From the IMG/VR virus record IMGVR_UViG_2671180673_000010, positions 1-26,824 of that record: a stretch of DNA of 26,824 nucleotides; one strand, 5' to 3'. The notes under the pieces are model-generated. The model did no database searches. It was given only the letters and a program-made list of their open reading frames with translations, and was not told the origin of the DNA. The position numbers and the translations under genes are program-made. Shown here in pieces: positions 1 to 8,608 of this stretch. Source of the DNA: a virus. Lineage: Duplodnaviria > Heunggongvirae > Uroviricota > Caudoviricetes. How positions within the stretch are numbered: the stretch's first letter is position 1; each line of letters opens with the position of its first letter.

Positions 1-141
1 ATGGTCATCTGGAGCTTACAGGTGGCCATTCGTGGGACAGTATCCCTGACAGCCTACAAAACGCAATTGAAGAACGCGAGGCATCGTCTTAACGAGGCAC
101 CGAGGCGTCGCATTCTTCAGATGGTTCAACCCTTAAGTTAG
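1..141 (+). CDS. 3' end of an ORF entering from the left window edge (46 codons in frame 1, TAG at 139..141); product unknown
   Basis: Open frame from position 1 (MVIWSLQVAIRGTVSLTAYKTQLKNARHRLNEAPRRRILQMVQPLS*); below the ORF-track length cutoff; no recognisable motif; may be spurious. Confidence 0.25.
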   Translation: MVIWSLQVAIRGTVSLTAYKTQLKNARHRLNEAPRRRILQMVQPLS

Positions 142-321
142 CGCTTATGGGAGCAAATCCCCGCCTCATTAGAGGTCAACGTAGCTTAGAAACCATCAAA
201 TTCATCATACATTTTTTTCATATCAACCCCCTCATAGAAATCATAACCACGTTTTGTGGTTTTTGTGACGTATAAACTACATCAAAGGCAAGCCACGGTC
301 AAATATATAGGCATGCTTACC

Positions 322-420
322 TGCACAAAAGTGCACAAATTTGCACAATTTTTTTGAACGACTTTTTACCCTTCCGGCCCGCATGGCGGCTGGATCCGTC
401 AAGGATCCGTGCGTGCACAA
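322..420. repeat. Phased short direct repeats: TGCACAA at 322, 332, 342 (10-bp spacing) and 414; GGATCCGT at 392 and 403
   Basis: Read directly from sequence; helical-turn spacing within a long non-coding stretch suggests a protein-binding array. Confidence 0.5.
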
Positions 421-720
421 AAAAACGCGCTTTTTCTGCGCGCAGGTGACGGGGGAACAGCCCGCGTTTCAGGGGGTAAATAGCATTCCCTGAACGATGT
501 CGCAGAGACACAACAGAATGGCCATATTTCTCACGCTGAGCATGAAAAAGGCGTGAGGGCTTTTGATTTGATGGGGTGAAAGGTAAGGCCGTCAAAATCG
601 CACTGAGGCAGCGAGAACATGCAGTCAACGCGGTGGAATTGCGTAAGAGTCTGACCGTCGATGGTGGCGATAAACTGGAAGGCGTCGTGAAATTATCTGA
701 TTGATACAGGAGCTGGAGAG

Positions 721-747
721 CCGGGGCATAAATTTTTTATGCCCCGG
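721..747. repeat. Perfect palindrome ccggggcataaa-ttt-tttatgccccgg (12-bp stem, 3-nt loop), about 100 bp upstream of the 174-aa ORF
   Basis: Reverse complement of 721..732 equals 736..747; no flanking T-run on either strand, so more operator-like than terminator-like. Confidence 0.45.
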
Positions 748-847
748 CGAAGCAGCAGACAAGCGAAGCGCGTCAGCGATACGGCACCTTGCCGACCATA
801 CTTCATAAGTGCAAAATACGAGCAAAGAAATCAATGGAGGCTGTCTT

Positions 848-1372
848 ATGGTCATTAATTACAAGCAGTTAAGAGAAAAACGGGAGCAGGTAAAGGAGAG
901 CTTTCGCCGCAATGAAGATCTGACCCCGCTTGTACGCCTTGCCCAGGGCATTGTTGATGCTTATGAAATCTCGCTGGAGCTGCCATCACAGACCTGGACA
1001 GATAGCGACGGTAATCGCCAGCATTACGTTTCATGCGGACTGGAAGCAGCCGAAGGATTTCGCAGAATGCCTTTATCCCAGATCCCTGCCGCTACCCCCA
1101 AAGCACGGGGCAGCAATGATGAGCGAAAACTGACTTTTAGTATTGAAACGGTGGTTGACGACACACCTGGCGAAGTCGCGTTCGTGCACACTCCTGTTTC
1201 GATCGCAATGTATAACGATGAAATACAGGTTCGCGTTAATAATAATATCGTGCCACTTAAAGAAGGTAATTCACCCTACACCACCGTTTGTGAAGCCATT
1301 CAATATTACGTTCTCTCTGAAATTGATAATCTCAAGCCTGACGGCACCCAGAAAATGGTTCAACTCTGGTAA
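848..1372 (+). CDS. Hypothetical protein, 174 aa (ORF track gives 809..1372; ATG at 848 preferred because GGAGG lies 7 nt upstream)
   Basis: Long ORF with good SD, followed by hairpin terminator; AT-richer than flanking phage genes; no motif I recognise; convergent with portal gene Q. Confidence 0.6.
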   Translation: MVINYKQLREKREQVKESFRRNEDLTPLVRLAQGIVDAYEISLELPSQTWTDSDGNRQHYVSCGLEAAEGFRRMPLSQIPAATPKARGSNDERKLTFSIETVVDDTPGEVAFVHTPVSIAMYNDEIQVRVNNNIVPLKEGNSPYTTVCEAIQYYVLSEIDNLKPDGTQKMVQLW

Positions 1373-1375
1373 AAA

Positions 1376-1403
1376 GGACAGCCCCATCACGGGGCTGTTT
1401 TTT
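1376..1403. terminator. Bidirectional intrinsic terminator shared by the 174-aa ORF (+) and the Q-P operon (-)
   Basis: Stem acagcccc (1378..1385) / ggggctgt (1391..1398), loop atcac, T6 downstream on plus strand and T5 on minus strand; Q stop codon sits in the loop. Confidence 0.55.
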
Positions 1404-2433
1404 CATCAAGAAGAGCATAAGAGTTAAAACGGATCACCTCTTCGCCAAGCCAGTCATTGATGTGCTTCATAGCCTCCATAACGGGCATCAGCTCGTTAAT
1501 TGCGTAAACCCGCGCTGCCTTCTCCACATCGCCAAACGCACTTTTTTCGCCCGGCATCGCCCCCATCAGTTGCGGCGGAACGCGGTGCGCAGCCAGCACA
1601 TCATCACGGGATGCCGCCTTAACATTCATGAATTCATCTTTTGCGGTGATCTGCTGGAACGGCAAAATTTGCACCCCCTCTTTGCCCCCGTTGGGCGCAT
1701 GAATGAGCACGTTTTTAAACGCACCACCACCACGTGCCCCCTGTAGCGTTTCTTTCAGGGAGTCCATGCTTTCGCGGTTTACCTGCGCTGCACCGATGTA
1801 GATGATGCACCCGGCGTGGGATCCGTTGTCGTAGTACAGTTTTCTGAACATGTCCGCCGAATGAGAAAGGCTGGCCGAGAGTAATGCGCCAAGATATTCC
1901 GGCATGCCGTAGATTTCCTGGTTAATATCCGGATTCATCAGGTGGCACACTTTGCCAGGACGAAACTGGAACGCGTCCTTGCCATCCTGCACATACCACC
2001 ATGATTCAAGATCGCTTCCGCGTCGCATGTATTTCGCCAGGGCGTGCCGTAATTTAAGCGGTTCGCCGAGCATATTGCTTCGAAGCTCAAGGAATGCGTT
2101 ACCGAACACAAACCAGTCCAGCGCCAGCGCCGAGAAATCCTGCCGGGAAAGCAGCGGGTGCGGGATGTAGCAACCGAGTAATACATTGCGCTTAAAGTAA
2201 AGCGCAGACTGATGCCAGGACGTTTGCCGGGCAGCTCTTGCCAGACCGTACCAGCCCACCGGGGTTTCATACCACCGCCCGTTATCAGCACAGTACATAT
2301 TGTCCAGCAGGTCATGCCCGGTCAGGCGATAAGGACCATCAAATGTGAATGCACTGAGCGATGATTCTTTCCTGAGCGCATCAGCGAGATCAATGCGTGA
2401 ACTCATGCGCACTTTTTTATTTTTTCTGCTCAT
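1387..2433 (-). CDS. Q: Portal (capsid vertex) protein, P2 gpQ homologue
   Basis: 348 aa, position and size match P2 Q; start overlaps the stop of P; adjacent to terminase ATPase. Confidence 0.85.
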   Translation of the reverse strand: MSRKNKKVRMSSRIDLADALRKESSLSAFTFDGPYRLTGHDLLDNMYCADNGRWYETPVGWYGLARAARQTSWHQSALYFKRNVLLGCYIPHPLLSRQDFSALALDWFVFGNAFLELRSNMLGEPLKLRHALAKYMRRGSDLESWWYVQDGKDAFQFRPGKVCHLMNPDINQEIYGMPEYLGALLSASLSHSADMFRKLYYDNGSHAGCIIYIGAAQVNRESMDSLKETLQGARGGGAFKNVLIHAPNGGKEGVQILPFQQITAKDEFMNVKAASRDDVLAAHRVPPQLMGAMPGEKSAFGDVEKAARVYAINELMPVMEAMKHINDWLGEEVIRFNSYALLDEKTAP

Positions 2434-4184
2434 CAGAACTCCATAACCGTGAAACGCTCGTTTTCTCCTTCGCCGCCAATCGGTTCGTTAATGACAGCAA
2501 GCATGGTTGCCCACGCAAGGTCGCCGTGGCTGATCCCCCTCGCTCGGTCCGTTTCGTAAGTGATAAAGCCGCCCGGTGTTTTCACCTTACGCACGGCGTT
2601 AAAGGCCGCGACCAGCTCGCGTTCGGCGCGATCGTATTCCCACCGCCCGGCACGCATTATTTGCAGCATTTTCAGTACCAGCGACCGTTTTGATGACAGC
2701 GTGAAGGTGTACGGAATAGCAGCAGGGAAAAACCGCTTCACTATCTGATAAACAGCCTCCCCGTTCCCGCCCGTCACATCAATGCCGATGTGTTCCACGT
2801 TGTAGCGATACGTGAACTCTTCAATGACTCTGGCCTGTTCTTCAAACTCCAGCCCCTGAACGCGTCGCGTCTCCACCGTTCGAAAACGGCCACCAGGAAC
2901 AGCCGGAGGAACCACCACGGAGACAGCGCCGCTGTCGCCGTTGCCACTACTGCCGTTTGCGTCATACCCAATCCATACCGGACGATTCCCCATCGGGCGG
3001 GGAGCAAAAGGTTTCCAGTCTTTCCAGTCGTCGTATCCGTCAACACCGCAGCCAATCAGGATATTCAGGTTAAATGCCGATTCCCCTTCGCGGACAAACT
3101 CACACATATAGAGATTGAGGAACTCGTCTTCGGTGTTTTCATCACGAATTTCGTCGATATCGGTGTGTTTCCAGCCGTGATTAACCACATCTTCCAGCGT
3201 GACAATTTGCCGCCACGTCCGGTCAGGGCAGATAAGCCCGTTATGCAGCGTTTTCCAGTCCACAGAAAAACGCTGGCGTTTATGCGAGGCCTTTTTCTCG
3301 TTCCAGCGGTCGCCGTTCCAGTAGGCGTATGCCTCGTGCGTTTCGGTGGATGGCGTGGAGAAGTAGGTGCGCCGCAGTCCGCTGAGGGTTGCCATAGCGC
3401 CAGCCACCTTGCGCAGTTCAGCAAAGCGACTGACCCAGAAAAATTCATCAAAATAAAAATTGCCCGTATAGGACTGTGCCGACGCAGCAGAAGTGCCGAG
3501 AAAATGCAGCTCTGCGCCGTTGGAGAGGATGATTTTATCGCCCCCTTTCAGCTCCACATCAACTTCAGCCGCGGCCTTCTGAATAATGCTTTTAAACTGG
3601 AACGCCTGACGACGCGACGCAGACAAAAAAATCTGGTTACGCTGGTAAGGTTGCGCCACATCGTCACGCAGCGCCATCAGCAGTGCTTCCTGTGCAAAAT
3701 ACCAGGTCGCCCCAATCTGTCGGGATTTCAGGATCATCCTGTTACGTATCCCGGCTTCCCTGCAAAGGGTCAGGGAGTCAAACCAGCCCCGCTGATGCCA
3801 CTCCAGCCTGCTGATGATTTTTTCCCGCAGTGCGGCAATCTGTTCCGGCGTGAAATGATTTTTGAGTTTTTTCGCCCGGCCTTTCTTTCCTGCGGCCATC
3901 ACATCCGGCTGGCCATCATGCAGCTTTTTAAGCTGCCGGGTCAGCAGGTCTATTTCCTTAAAGTCACCGCCTGTTTTATTCTGTTTTTCAGTAAGCTGGA
4001 TGAGGCGCGCATCGATGGACTGCGTGACACGCTGCACGGGTGGCGTTTCATCCCACTGGTCACGTTTTTTCCACGCATAAATCGTGTTCGGGTTTATTCC
4101 CATCAGACGTGATATTTCTGCGGGCGGATAACCCTGCCAGTAAAGTTGCCGCGCACGCTGGCGCACAAAAGCGTCCTGAATCAT
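2433..4184 (-). CDS. P: Terminase large (ATPase) subunit, P2 gpP homologue
   Basis: 583 aa; divergent from O as in P2; size and synteny with Q, O, N, M. Confidence 0.85.
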   Translation of the reverse strand: MIQDAFVRQRARQLYWQGYPPAEISRLMGINPNTIYAWKKRDQWDETPPVQRVTQSIDARLIQLTEKQNKTGGDFKEIDLLTRQLKKLHDGQPDVMAAGKKGRAKKLKNHFTPEQIAALREKIISRLEWHQRGWFDSLTLCREAGIRNRMILKSRQIGATWYFAQEALLMALRDDVAQPYQRNQIFLSASRRQAFQFKSIIQKAAAEVDVELKGGDKIILSNGAELHFLGTSAASAQSYTGNFYFDEFFWVSRFAELRKVAGAMATLSGLRRTYFSTPSTETHEAYAYWNGDRWNEKKASHKRQRFSVDWKTLHNGLICPDRTWRQIVTLEDVVNHGWKHTDIDEIRDENTEDEFLNLYMCEFVREGESAFNLNILIGCGVDGYDDWKDWKPFAPRPMGNRPVWIGYDANGSSGNGDSGAVSVVVPPAVPGGRFRTVETRRVQGLEFEEQARVIEEFTYRYNVEHIGIDVTGGNGEAVYQIVKRFFPAAIPYTFTLSSKRSLVLKMLQIMRAGRWEYDRAERELVAAFNAVRKVKTPGGFITYETDRARGISHGDLAWATMLAVINEPIGGEGENERFTVMEF

Positions 4185-4338
4185 TGCTCCCCCTGAGTAA
4201 TTACAGGAAGATTACCCGCGCGCGAAACTGTTCTCCTTAACCCTCTGTTCTGACTGTTTTCTTACAACAAAAGCCCTTTGTATCAGCCTGTTACGCTTTG
4301 CCATCATGACTGAAGAACCAGTCAGAGGGGCAAAAACT
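4185..4338. promoter_or_regulatory. Divergent late-promoter region between P (leftward) and O (rightward)
   Basis: Synteny with the P2 PP/PO divergent late promoters; an exact TGT-N12-ACA activator box was not found by eye, so this is positional inference only. Confidence 0.35.
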
Positions 4339-5175
4339 ATGGCTAATGAAAAAAAGACATCCCGCAAAAAGTTTCGCGTGGCTGTCTCCGGATCAACTGT
4401 TGATGGCCGTGAAATCAGTCCGGTGCATCTGCGTGAAGCCGCCGAGAACTTCAACCCGGATGTTTACGCTGCCCGCGTGAACGTTGAGCACTATCTCTCG
4501 CCATGTCCGTCAAGCGAATTTTCCGCAATGGGCGATGTCACCGCACTGAGTACGGAAGACATTACGGAAGGTCCGCTGGCCGGACGTACTGCGCTGTATG
4601 CAGAAATCGAACCGACCGAGCGCATGAAGCAGCTTGTCGCTGACGGCAAGAAAATCTATTCCAGTATCGAACTGCACCCGCAGTTCTCCGTTAACGGGCG
4701 CGCCTATCTGGTCGGGCTGGCGATGACCGACACCCCGGCAAGCCTGGGCACTGAGCGCCTGAAATTCACGGCACAGCAACGTCAGGCGGTGATGACGTTC
4801 AACAGTATCCAGGGTGAAGCACCGCTTATCTCCGAAGCCATCGAGTCTGAAATCATCGAAATGGCAGAACAACGCCAGGAAGAAGGCACCCAGTGGTTTA
4901 ACCGCGTAATGGGGATTATTGGTCGTGGCCGCAAAGCGGATGACGCCAGTTTCTCCCGAATTCAGGAAGCGGTGGAAGGCGTTGCAACGTCACAGGCCGA
5001 CATTATCGACCGTTTTAATGTGCTGGAAACCCGCCATCAGCAGGACCGCCAGAAAATCACGTCACTGACCACAGAGCTGACAGCATTGAAGGAAAAACTG
5101 CGCACGCAGGACGGCGATCCGCAGAACCGCTTCACCGCAACGGGCGCAGCCTCCGACCAGCTGGCTGACTTCTGA
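4339..5175 (+). CDS. O: Capsid scaffolding protein, P2 gpO homologue (ATG at 4339 preferred over track start 4306; AGAGGGG SD upstream)
   Basis: N-terminus MANEKKTSRKKFRV... and central YLVGLAMTDTPASLGTE resemble P2 gpO (MAKKVSKFFR..., YLVGLAVTDDPASLGTE) from memory. Confidence 0.85.
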   Translation: MANEKKTSRKKFRVAVSGSTVDGREISPVHLREAAENFNPDVYAARVNVEHYLSPCPSSEFSAMGDVTALSTEDITEGPLAGRTALYAEIEPTERMKQLVADGKKIYSSIELHPQFSVNGRAYLVGLAMTDTPASLGTERLKFTAQQRQAVMTFNSIQGEAPLISEAIESEIIEMAEQRQEEGTQWFNRVMGIIGRGRKADDASFSRIQEAVEGVATSQADIIDRFNVLETRHQQDRQKITSLTTELTALKEKLRTQDGDPQNRFTATGAASDQLADF

Positions 5176-5198
5176 TAAGACAAAGGAGCAAATTTTTT

Positions 5199-6251
5199 AT
5201 GAATCTGGTGATGTCAGATATTACCCGCAACAAGCTGGGTTGCTATATGGCGCAGCAGGCGTCGCTTAACAATATCCCGGTATCTGCACTGGTATCGCGA
5301 TTTACCGTGGAACCCGCGGTGCAGCAGCGTTTTGAAAACGCCTCAAAGGAAAGTACCGAATTTACGAAAAGAATTAACGTGATCGGCGTGACCGACCAGA
5401 AAGGCGAAAAAATCCTCCTGGACACCACCGGGCCAATTGCGCGCACGAATAGCAGTTATGACGGCATCAAACGCCGTAACCCGAATAACGTGATCGATAT
5501 GAAGTCTCGTCAGTACCAGTGCGAACAGGTGAACTACGATACCTTTATTTCGTACCCACAGCTTGATACCTGGGCGGCCCACAGCGATTTTCAGTCCCGT
5601 ATCAGTACACAGATCGCCCGGCAGGTAGCGCTTGATCGCATCATGATTGGCTTTAACGGCACATCCCACGCCTACGAGTCTGATTTTCACACCAACAAGC
5701 TGCTTCAGGACGTTAACGTGGGCTGGCTGGAGCACATCAGAACCGATGCCAGCGAGCGCGTAATGAATGACGTGACGCTGACCTCCCGCAACATGGACAA
5801 CACTGTGGCGCACGCGGGTAAGTATGCGAATGCCGATGCTCTGGTACAGGATGCGCGCTCATCCCTGCTGGATGAATGGCACAAGGAAGCTGACGACCTC
5901 GCGGTGATTATGGGGCGCAACCTGTTTAACTCGCTGCGTCTGCCCGTGCTGAACAGCATCAGCGGCCAGAATCCCAATGCGGAATTACTTGCCGGGCAGC
6001 TCATCCTGTCATCGCGCACCATTGGCGGGCTGGGCGTGTTCCTTGCGCCGTTCTTCCCGGATGCAACGATGCTTATCACCTCGTTCAACAACCTGTCGAT
6101 TTACTGGCAGAAAGGTTCAATGCGTCGCCTGATGAAAGACGAGCCGGAATACAACCGCATCGCCACCTACCAGTCCATCAATGACGCTTATGTCGTTGAA
6201 GACTATGGCAAGTGCGCGATGGTCACTGGCCTGAAGTTCGCCGACAGCTAA
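5199..6251 (+). CDS. N: Major capsid protein, P2 gpN homologue
   Basis: 350 aa; AAGGAG SD 9 nt upstream; conserved stretches (FTVEP, GWLEHIR, YVVEDYG) match P2 gpN from memory. Confidence 0.9.
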   Translation: MNLVMSDITRNKLGCYMAQQASLNNIPVSALVSRFTVEPAVQQRFENASKESTEFTKRINVIGVTDQKGEKILLDTTGPIARTNSSYDGIKRRNPNNVIDMKSRQYQCEQVNYDTFISYPQLDTWAAHSDFQSRISTQIARQVALDRIMIGFNGTSHAYESDFHTNKLLQDVNVGWLEHIRTDASERVMNDVTLTSRNMDNTVAHAGKYANADALVQDARSSLLDEWHKEADDLAVIMGRNLFNSLRLPVLNSISGQNPNAELLAGQLILSSRTIGGLGVFLAPFFPDATMLITSFNNLSIYWQKGSMRRLMKDEPEYNRIATYQSINDAYVVEDYGKCAMVTGLKFADS

Positions 6252-6261
6252 TCAACTCACG

Positions 6262-6280
6262 GCGGGCATCATGCCCGCCT
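6262..6280 (+). other. GC-rich hairpin immediately downstream of the major capsid gene (ggcgggcat-c-atgcccgcc)
   Basis: Inverted repeat read from sequence; no T-run follows, so more likely a transcript stabiliser or processing element than a full terminator. Confidence 0.35.
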
Positions 6281-6296
6281 GTAACGGAGAGAAAAA

Positions 6297-7097
6297 ATGA
6301 TTACTCCTGCACAACAACACTGGCAGAACGTGATGGCACAGCGCGCAGGCCGGGCGAATGAAGGTGTGGACCACGCCGCGTGTACCGCGCATGAAGAGGT
6401 GCTGTATCGTCTGCGTCTGGCACAGGCCAGGCTAAAGGCCATACAGGCCAGAAGCGCGAAAGCCGCCATCAAAAAAGAGTTGTTGCCGGACTTTTCCGGC
6501 TGGATTGAGGGAACGCTGGAGGCTGACGGCGGGCAACAGGACGAAGTAATTGCCACGCTGATGGTGTGGGCGATTGACTGCGGCGATCTTCCGCTGGCGC
6601 TGCGTATTGGTGCATATGTGGTCCGTCACAACCTCATCATGCCGGATAACTTTGGCCGTACTGCTGCCACGGTACTGACCGAAGAAATCTGCAACCCGGT
6701 ACTGACGCAGGCTGGGACGGATGCCGACGCGGATTTATCCGCCTTTATCGAACCACTGGACACACTTTGGGAAATTATCGCCAACCAGGACATGCCGGAC
6801 GAAGTGCGCGCCAAATTATGCAAGGCGTGTGCCTTTGCCCGTCGTGGCCTGACCGATGCAGACAACATGGCCTCATCACTGAAGCTGCTGCGCGAAGCGA
6901 TGCACCTGAACCCGAACGCAGGTGTGAAACGCGAGATTGCAACCCTTTCCCGCGCCCTGAAAAAAGCCGATTCCGCAGCCGAACCAGAAGACGCCAGCGC
7001 ACAGCAGGCGCAGGACGAAAGCAGCAAAAGTAAAAAGACAACGCGGAAGCCTGCAACACGAAAAACCACCGCGACGCAGAAGGCAAAGCGCGGTTAA
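6297..7097 (+). CDS. M: Terminase small/endonuclease subunit, P2 gpM homologue
   Basis: 266 aa in the gpM position; Lys/Arg-rich C-terminal tail; GGAGAG SD. Confidence 0.75.
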   Translation: MITPAQQHWQNVMAQRAGRANEGVDHAACTAHEEVLYRLRLAQARLKAIQARSAKAAIKKELLPDFSGWIEGTLEADGGQQDEVIATLMVWAIDCGDLPLALRIGAYVVRHNLIMPDNFGRTAATVLTEEICNPVLTQAGTDADADLSAFIEPLDTLWEIIANQDMPDEVRAKLCKACAFARRGLTDADNMASSLKLLREAMHLNPNAGVKREIATLSRALKKADSAAEPEDASAQQAQDESSKSKKTTRKPATRKTTATQKAKRG

Positions 7098-7113
7098 CGA
7101 CTGACCCCGTCAG

Positions 7114-7184
7114 CGGGCGGCGTGCGCGGTGTTCCGGTTTGACTCCGTGACCGTTTACACCGCGCACCCACCGCCCGATTTTTT
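7114..7184 (+). terminator. Long imperfect hairpin followed by T6 between M and L; candidate attenuator or partial terminator
   Basis: Outer stem cgggcgg (7114..7120) / ccgcccg (7171..7177), inner stem gtgcgcggtg (7123..7132) / caccgcgcac (7158..7167), then atttttt. Confidence 0.4.
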
Positions 7185-7198
7185 CAGGAGTGAACCCC

Positions 7199-7693
7199 AT
7201 GAGTATGGTTGCCAGAACTAACCCCGGCCCCGCAGAGGACGACATCACCGACACCGATGATGGCGATACCCGTATTTCAGCGGGTGCATTCTGGCCGGAT
7301 ATTGTGCTGCGCGAGCTGCGTCTGGCGGTACGACTGCCGGGCCGCGTGACCACCTCCCGCCTGCTGCATACCGCCACCGGGGCCATAGCACACGTTACCC
7401 GCGAGCTGGAAGCATGGCAGCAGGAACAACAGGCGGCTGGCTATCAGACGCTGGCCGATGTTCCGGCCCCTGTAATTAACGGAGAAAGCGTCAATCTCTG
7501 GCACTGGCGCAATGCTGTTTATACCGCCACACGCGCCCTGATTCTGGAGCGTTACCGCGATGCGGACACAACGGACAAGGGCGACCGCCGGGCGGACGCA
7601 CTGGATATACAGACATCGGATTTGTGGCGCGATGTGAGCTGGGCCATCTCTGACATTCTGGGACGACCGCGAATGTTTGCGGAGCTGTGCTGA
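7199..7693 (+). CDS. L: Head completion/stabilisation protein, P2 gpL homologue (ATG 7199 preferred; track start 7190 is GTG)
   Basis: Size and position match gpL; CAGGAG SD 8 nt upstream; stop overlaps the X start (TGATG). Confidence 0.8.
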   Translation: MSMVARTNPGPAEDDITDTDDGDTRISAGAFWPDIVLRELRLAVRLPGRVTTSRLLHTATGAIAHVTRELEAWQQEQQAAGYQTLADVPAPVINGESVNLWHWRNAVYTATRALILERYRDADTTDKGDRRADALDIQTSDLWRDVSWAISDILGRPRMFAELC

Positions 7694-7893
7694 TGAAAGT
7701 GAAGGCACTGGAAGGCGACACCGTGGATTCGCTCTGTTTCCGGTACTACGGCACGACACAGGGCGTCACCGAAAAGGTGCTGGATGCCAACCCCGGACTC
7801 TGTCAGCAGGTATTTCTGGACGCCGGGCAGGAAGTGGAGATGCCGGAGCCGGAGAAGAAGAAACGAGAAATGATTCAGTTGTGGGGGGAGTAG
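7693..7893 (+). CDS. X: Tail protein X (LysM-like), P2 gpX homologue
   Basis: 66 aa, MKVKALEGDTVDSLCFRYYG... in the X position. Confidence 0.7.
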   Translation: MKVKALEGDTVDSLCFRYYGTTQGVTEKVLDANPGLCQQVFLDAGQEVEMPEPEKKKREMIQLWGE

Positions 7894-7895
7894 CA

Positions 7896-8219
7896 GTGAG
7901 CACCATTCAAACAGGGATCACAGAGCAGGTTATTGCGTGGCTCTTTGACCACCTGCCAACGGTGTATGCAGTAGGCGCGGCGGTCAGCATTTCCGCGCTG
8001 ATGAGTCTTTATGACGGACGAACACTGGTTCAGACCGTAACGGGATCGCTGGCGTGCGGCGTTCTTGCCATGGCCGTGGCCGGGTCGCTGCGCTTCTTCG
8101 GGATCCCTGAGGATGCAGTGACGTTTTTTGGTGCCTCAATCGGTTTTATGGGCGCAGAGAAAGCACGCGACAAGGTTATTGCAATATTTGATCGCAGGGT
8201 GAAGGAGAGGAACGAATGA
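7896..8219 (+). CDS. Holin (class I-like, three hydrophobic segments); GTG start
   Basis: GGGGGAG SD 5 nt upstream of GTG 7896; three hydrophobic stretches and a charged C-terminus (EKARDKVIAIFDRRVKERNE); position just upstream of the endolysin. Confidence 0.55.
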   Translation: MSTIQTGITEQVIAWLFDHLPTVYAVGAAVSISALMSLYDGRTLVQTVTGSLACGVLAMAVAGSLRFFGIPEDAVTFFGASIGFMGAEKARDKVIAIFDRRVKERNE

Positions 8220-8608
8220 GCAACACATTTAAATTCAGCAGCCGGAGCGAAAAGAATTTGCAGGGTGTAAATCCTGATCTGGTGAAAGTGACCCGACGGG
8301 CGCTGGAAATCTCGGAAGTGGATTTTGGTATCACCGAAGGATTGCGCAGTCGTTATCGTCAGAAGCAGCTCGTGACCACAGGCAAGAGCCAGACCATGAA
8401 CAGTCGCCATCTCACAGGGCATGCCGTGGATGTTGTGGCTTATGTCGGCAACCAGGTGTCATGGGAATGGCCGCTGTACGAAAAAATCGCAGCAGCATTC
8501 AGACAGGCCAGCCAGGAACTGAATATTCCGGTGGAATGGGGCGGCGACTGGAAGACCCTGAAAGACGGACCGCATTTTCAGTTACCACACGGAGCCTATC
8601 CGGCATGA
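8216..8608 (+). CDS. Endolysin, peptidase M15 family (L-alanyl-D-glutamate peptidase type)
   Basis: Zn-ligand-like motifs SRHLTGHAVDV and GPHFQL; start overlaps holin stop (ATGA). Confidence 0.8.
   Translation: MSNTFKFSSRSEKNLQGVNPDLVKVTRRALEISEVDFGITEGLRSRYRQKQLVTTGKSQTMNSRHLTGHAVDVVAYVGNQVSWEWPLYEKIAAAFRQASQELNIPVEWGGDWKTLKDGPHFQLPHGAYPA

Noticed and set aside
317-855. Minus-strand ORFs of 103 aa and 76 aa in the left non-coding region
   Set aside because: Arg-rich low-complexity translations, no SD, and they run across the phased repeats and palindrome; the region is more plausibly regulatory or packaging DNA
2790-4112. 440-aa ORF on the plus strand
   Set aside because: Lies entirely antisense within terminase gene P; GC-rich shadow ORF with Arg/Pro-rich low-complexity translation and no SD
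4185-4338. Canonical Ogr-dependent late-promoter box (TGT-N12-ACA, as I recall the consensus)
   Set aside because: Checked each TGT by eye in the P-O gap and in 23327..23483 and found no exact match; either the consensus is looser here or my recollection is imprecise, so no specific promoter coordinates are called
6626-7386. Minus-strand ORFs of 147 and 203 aa
   Set aside because: Antisense to M and L, which have clear P2 homology and good starts; shadow ORFs
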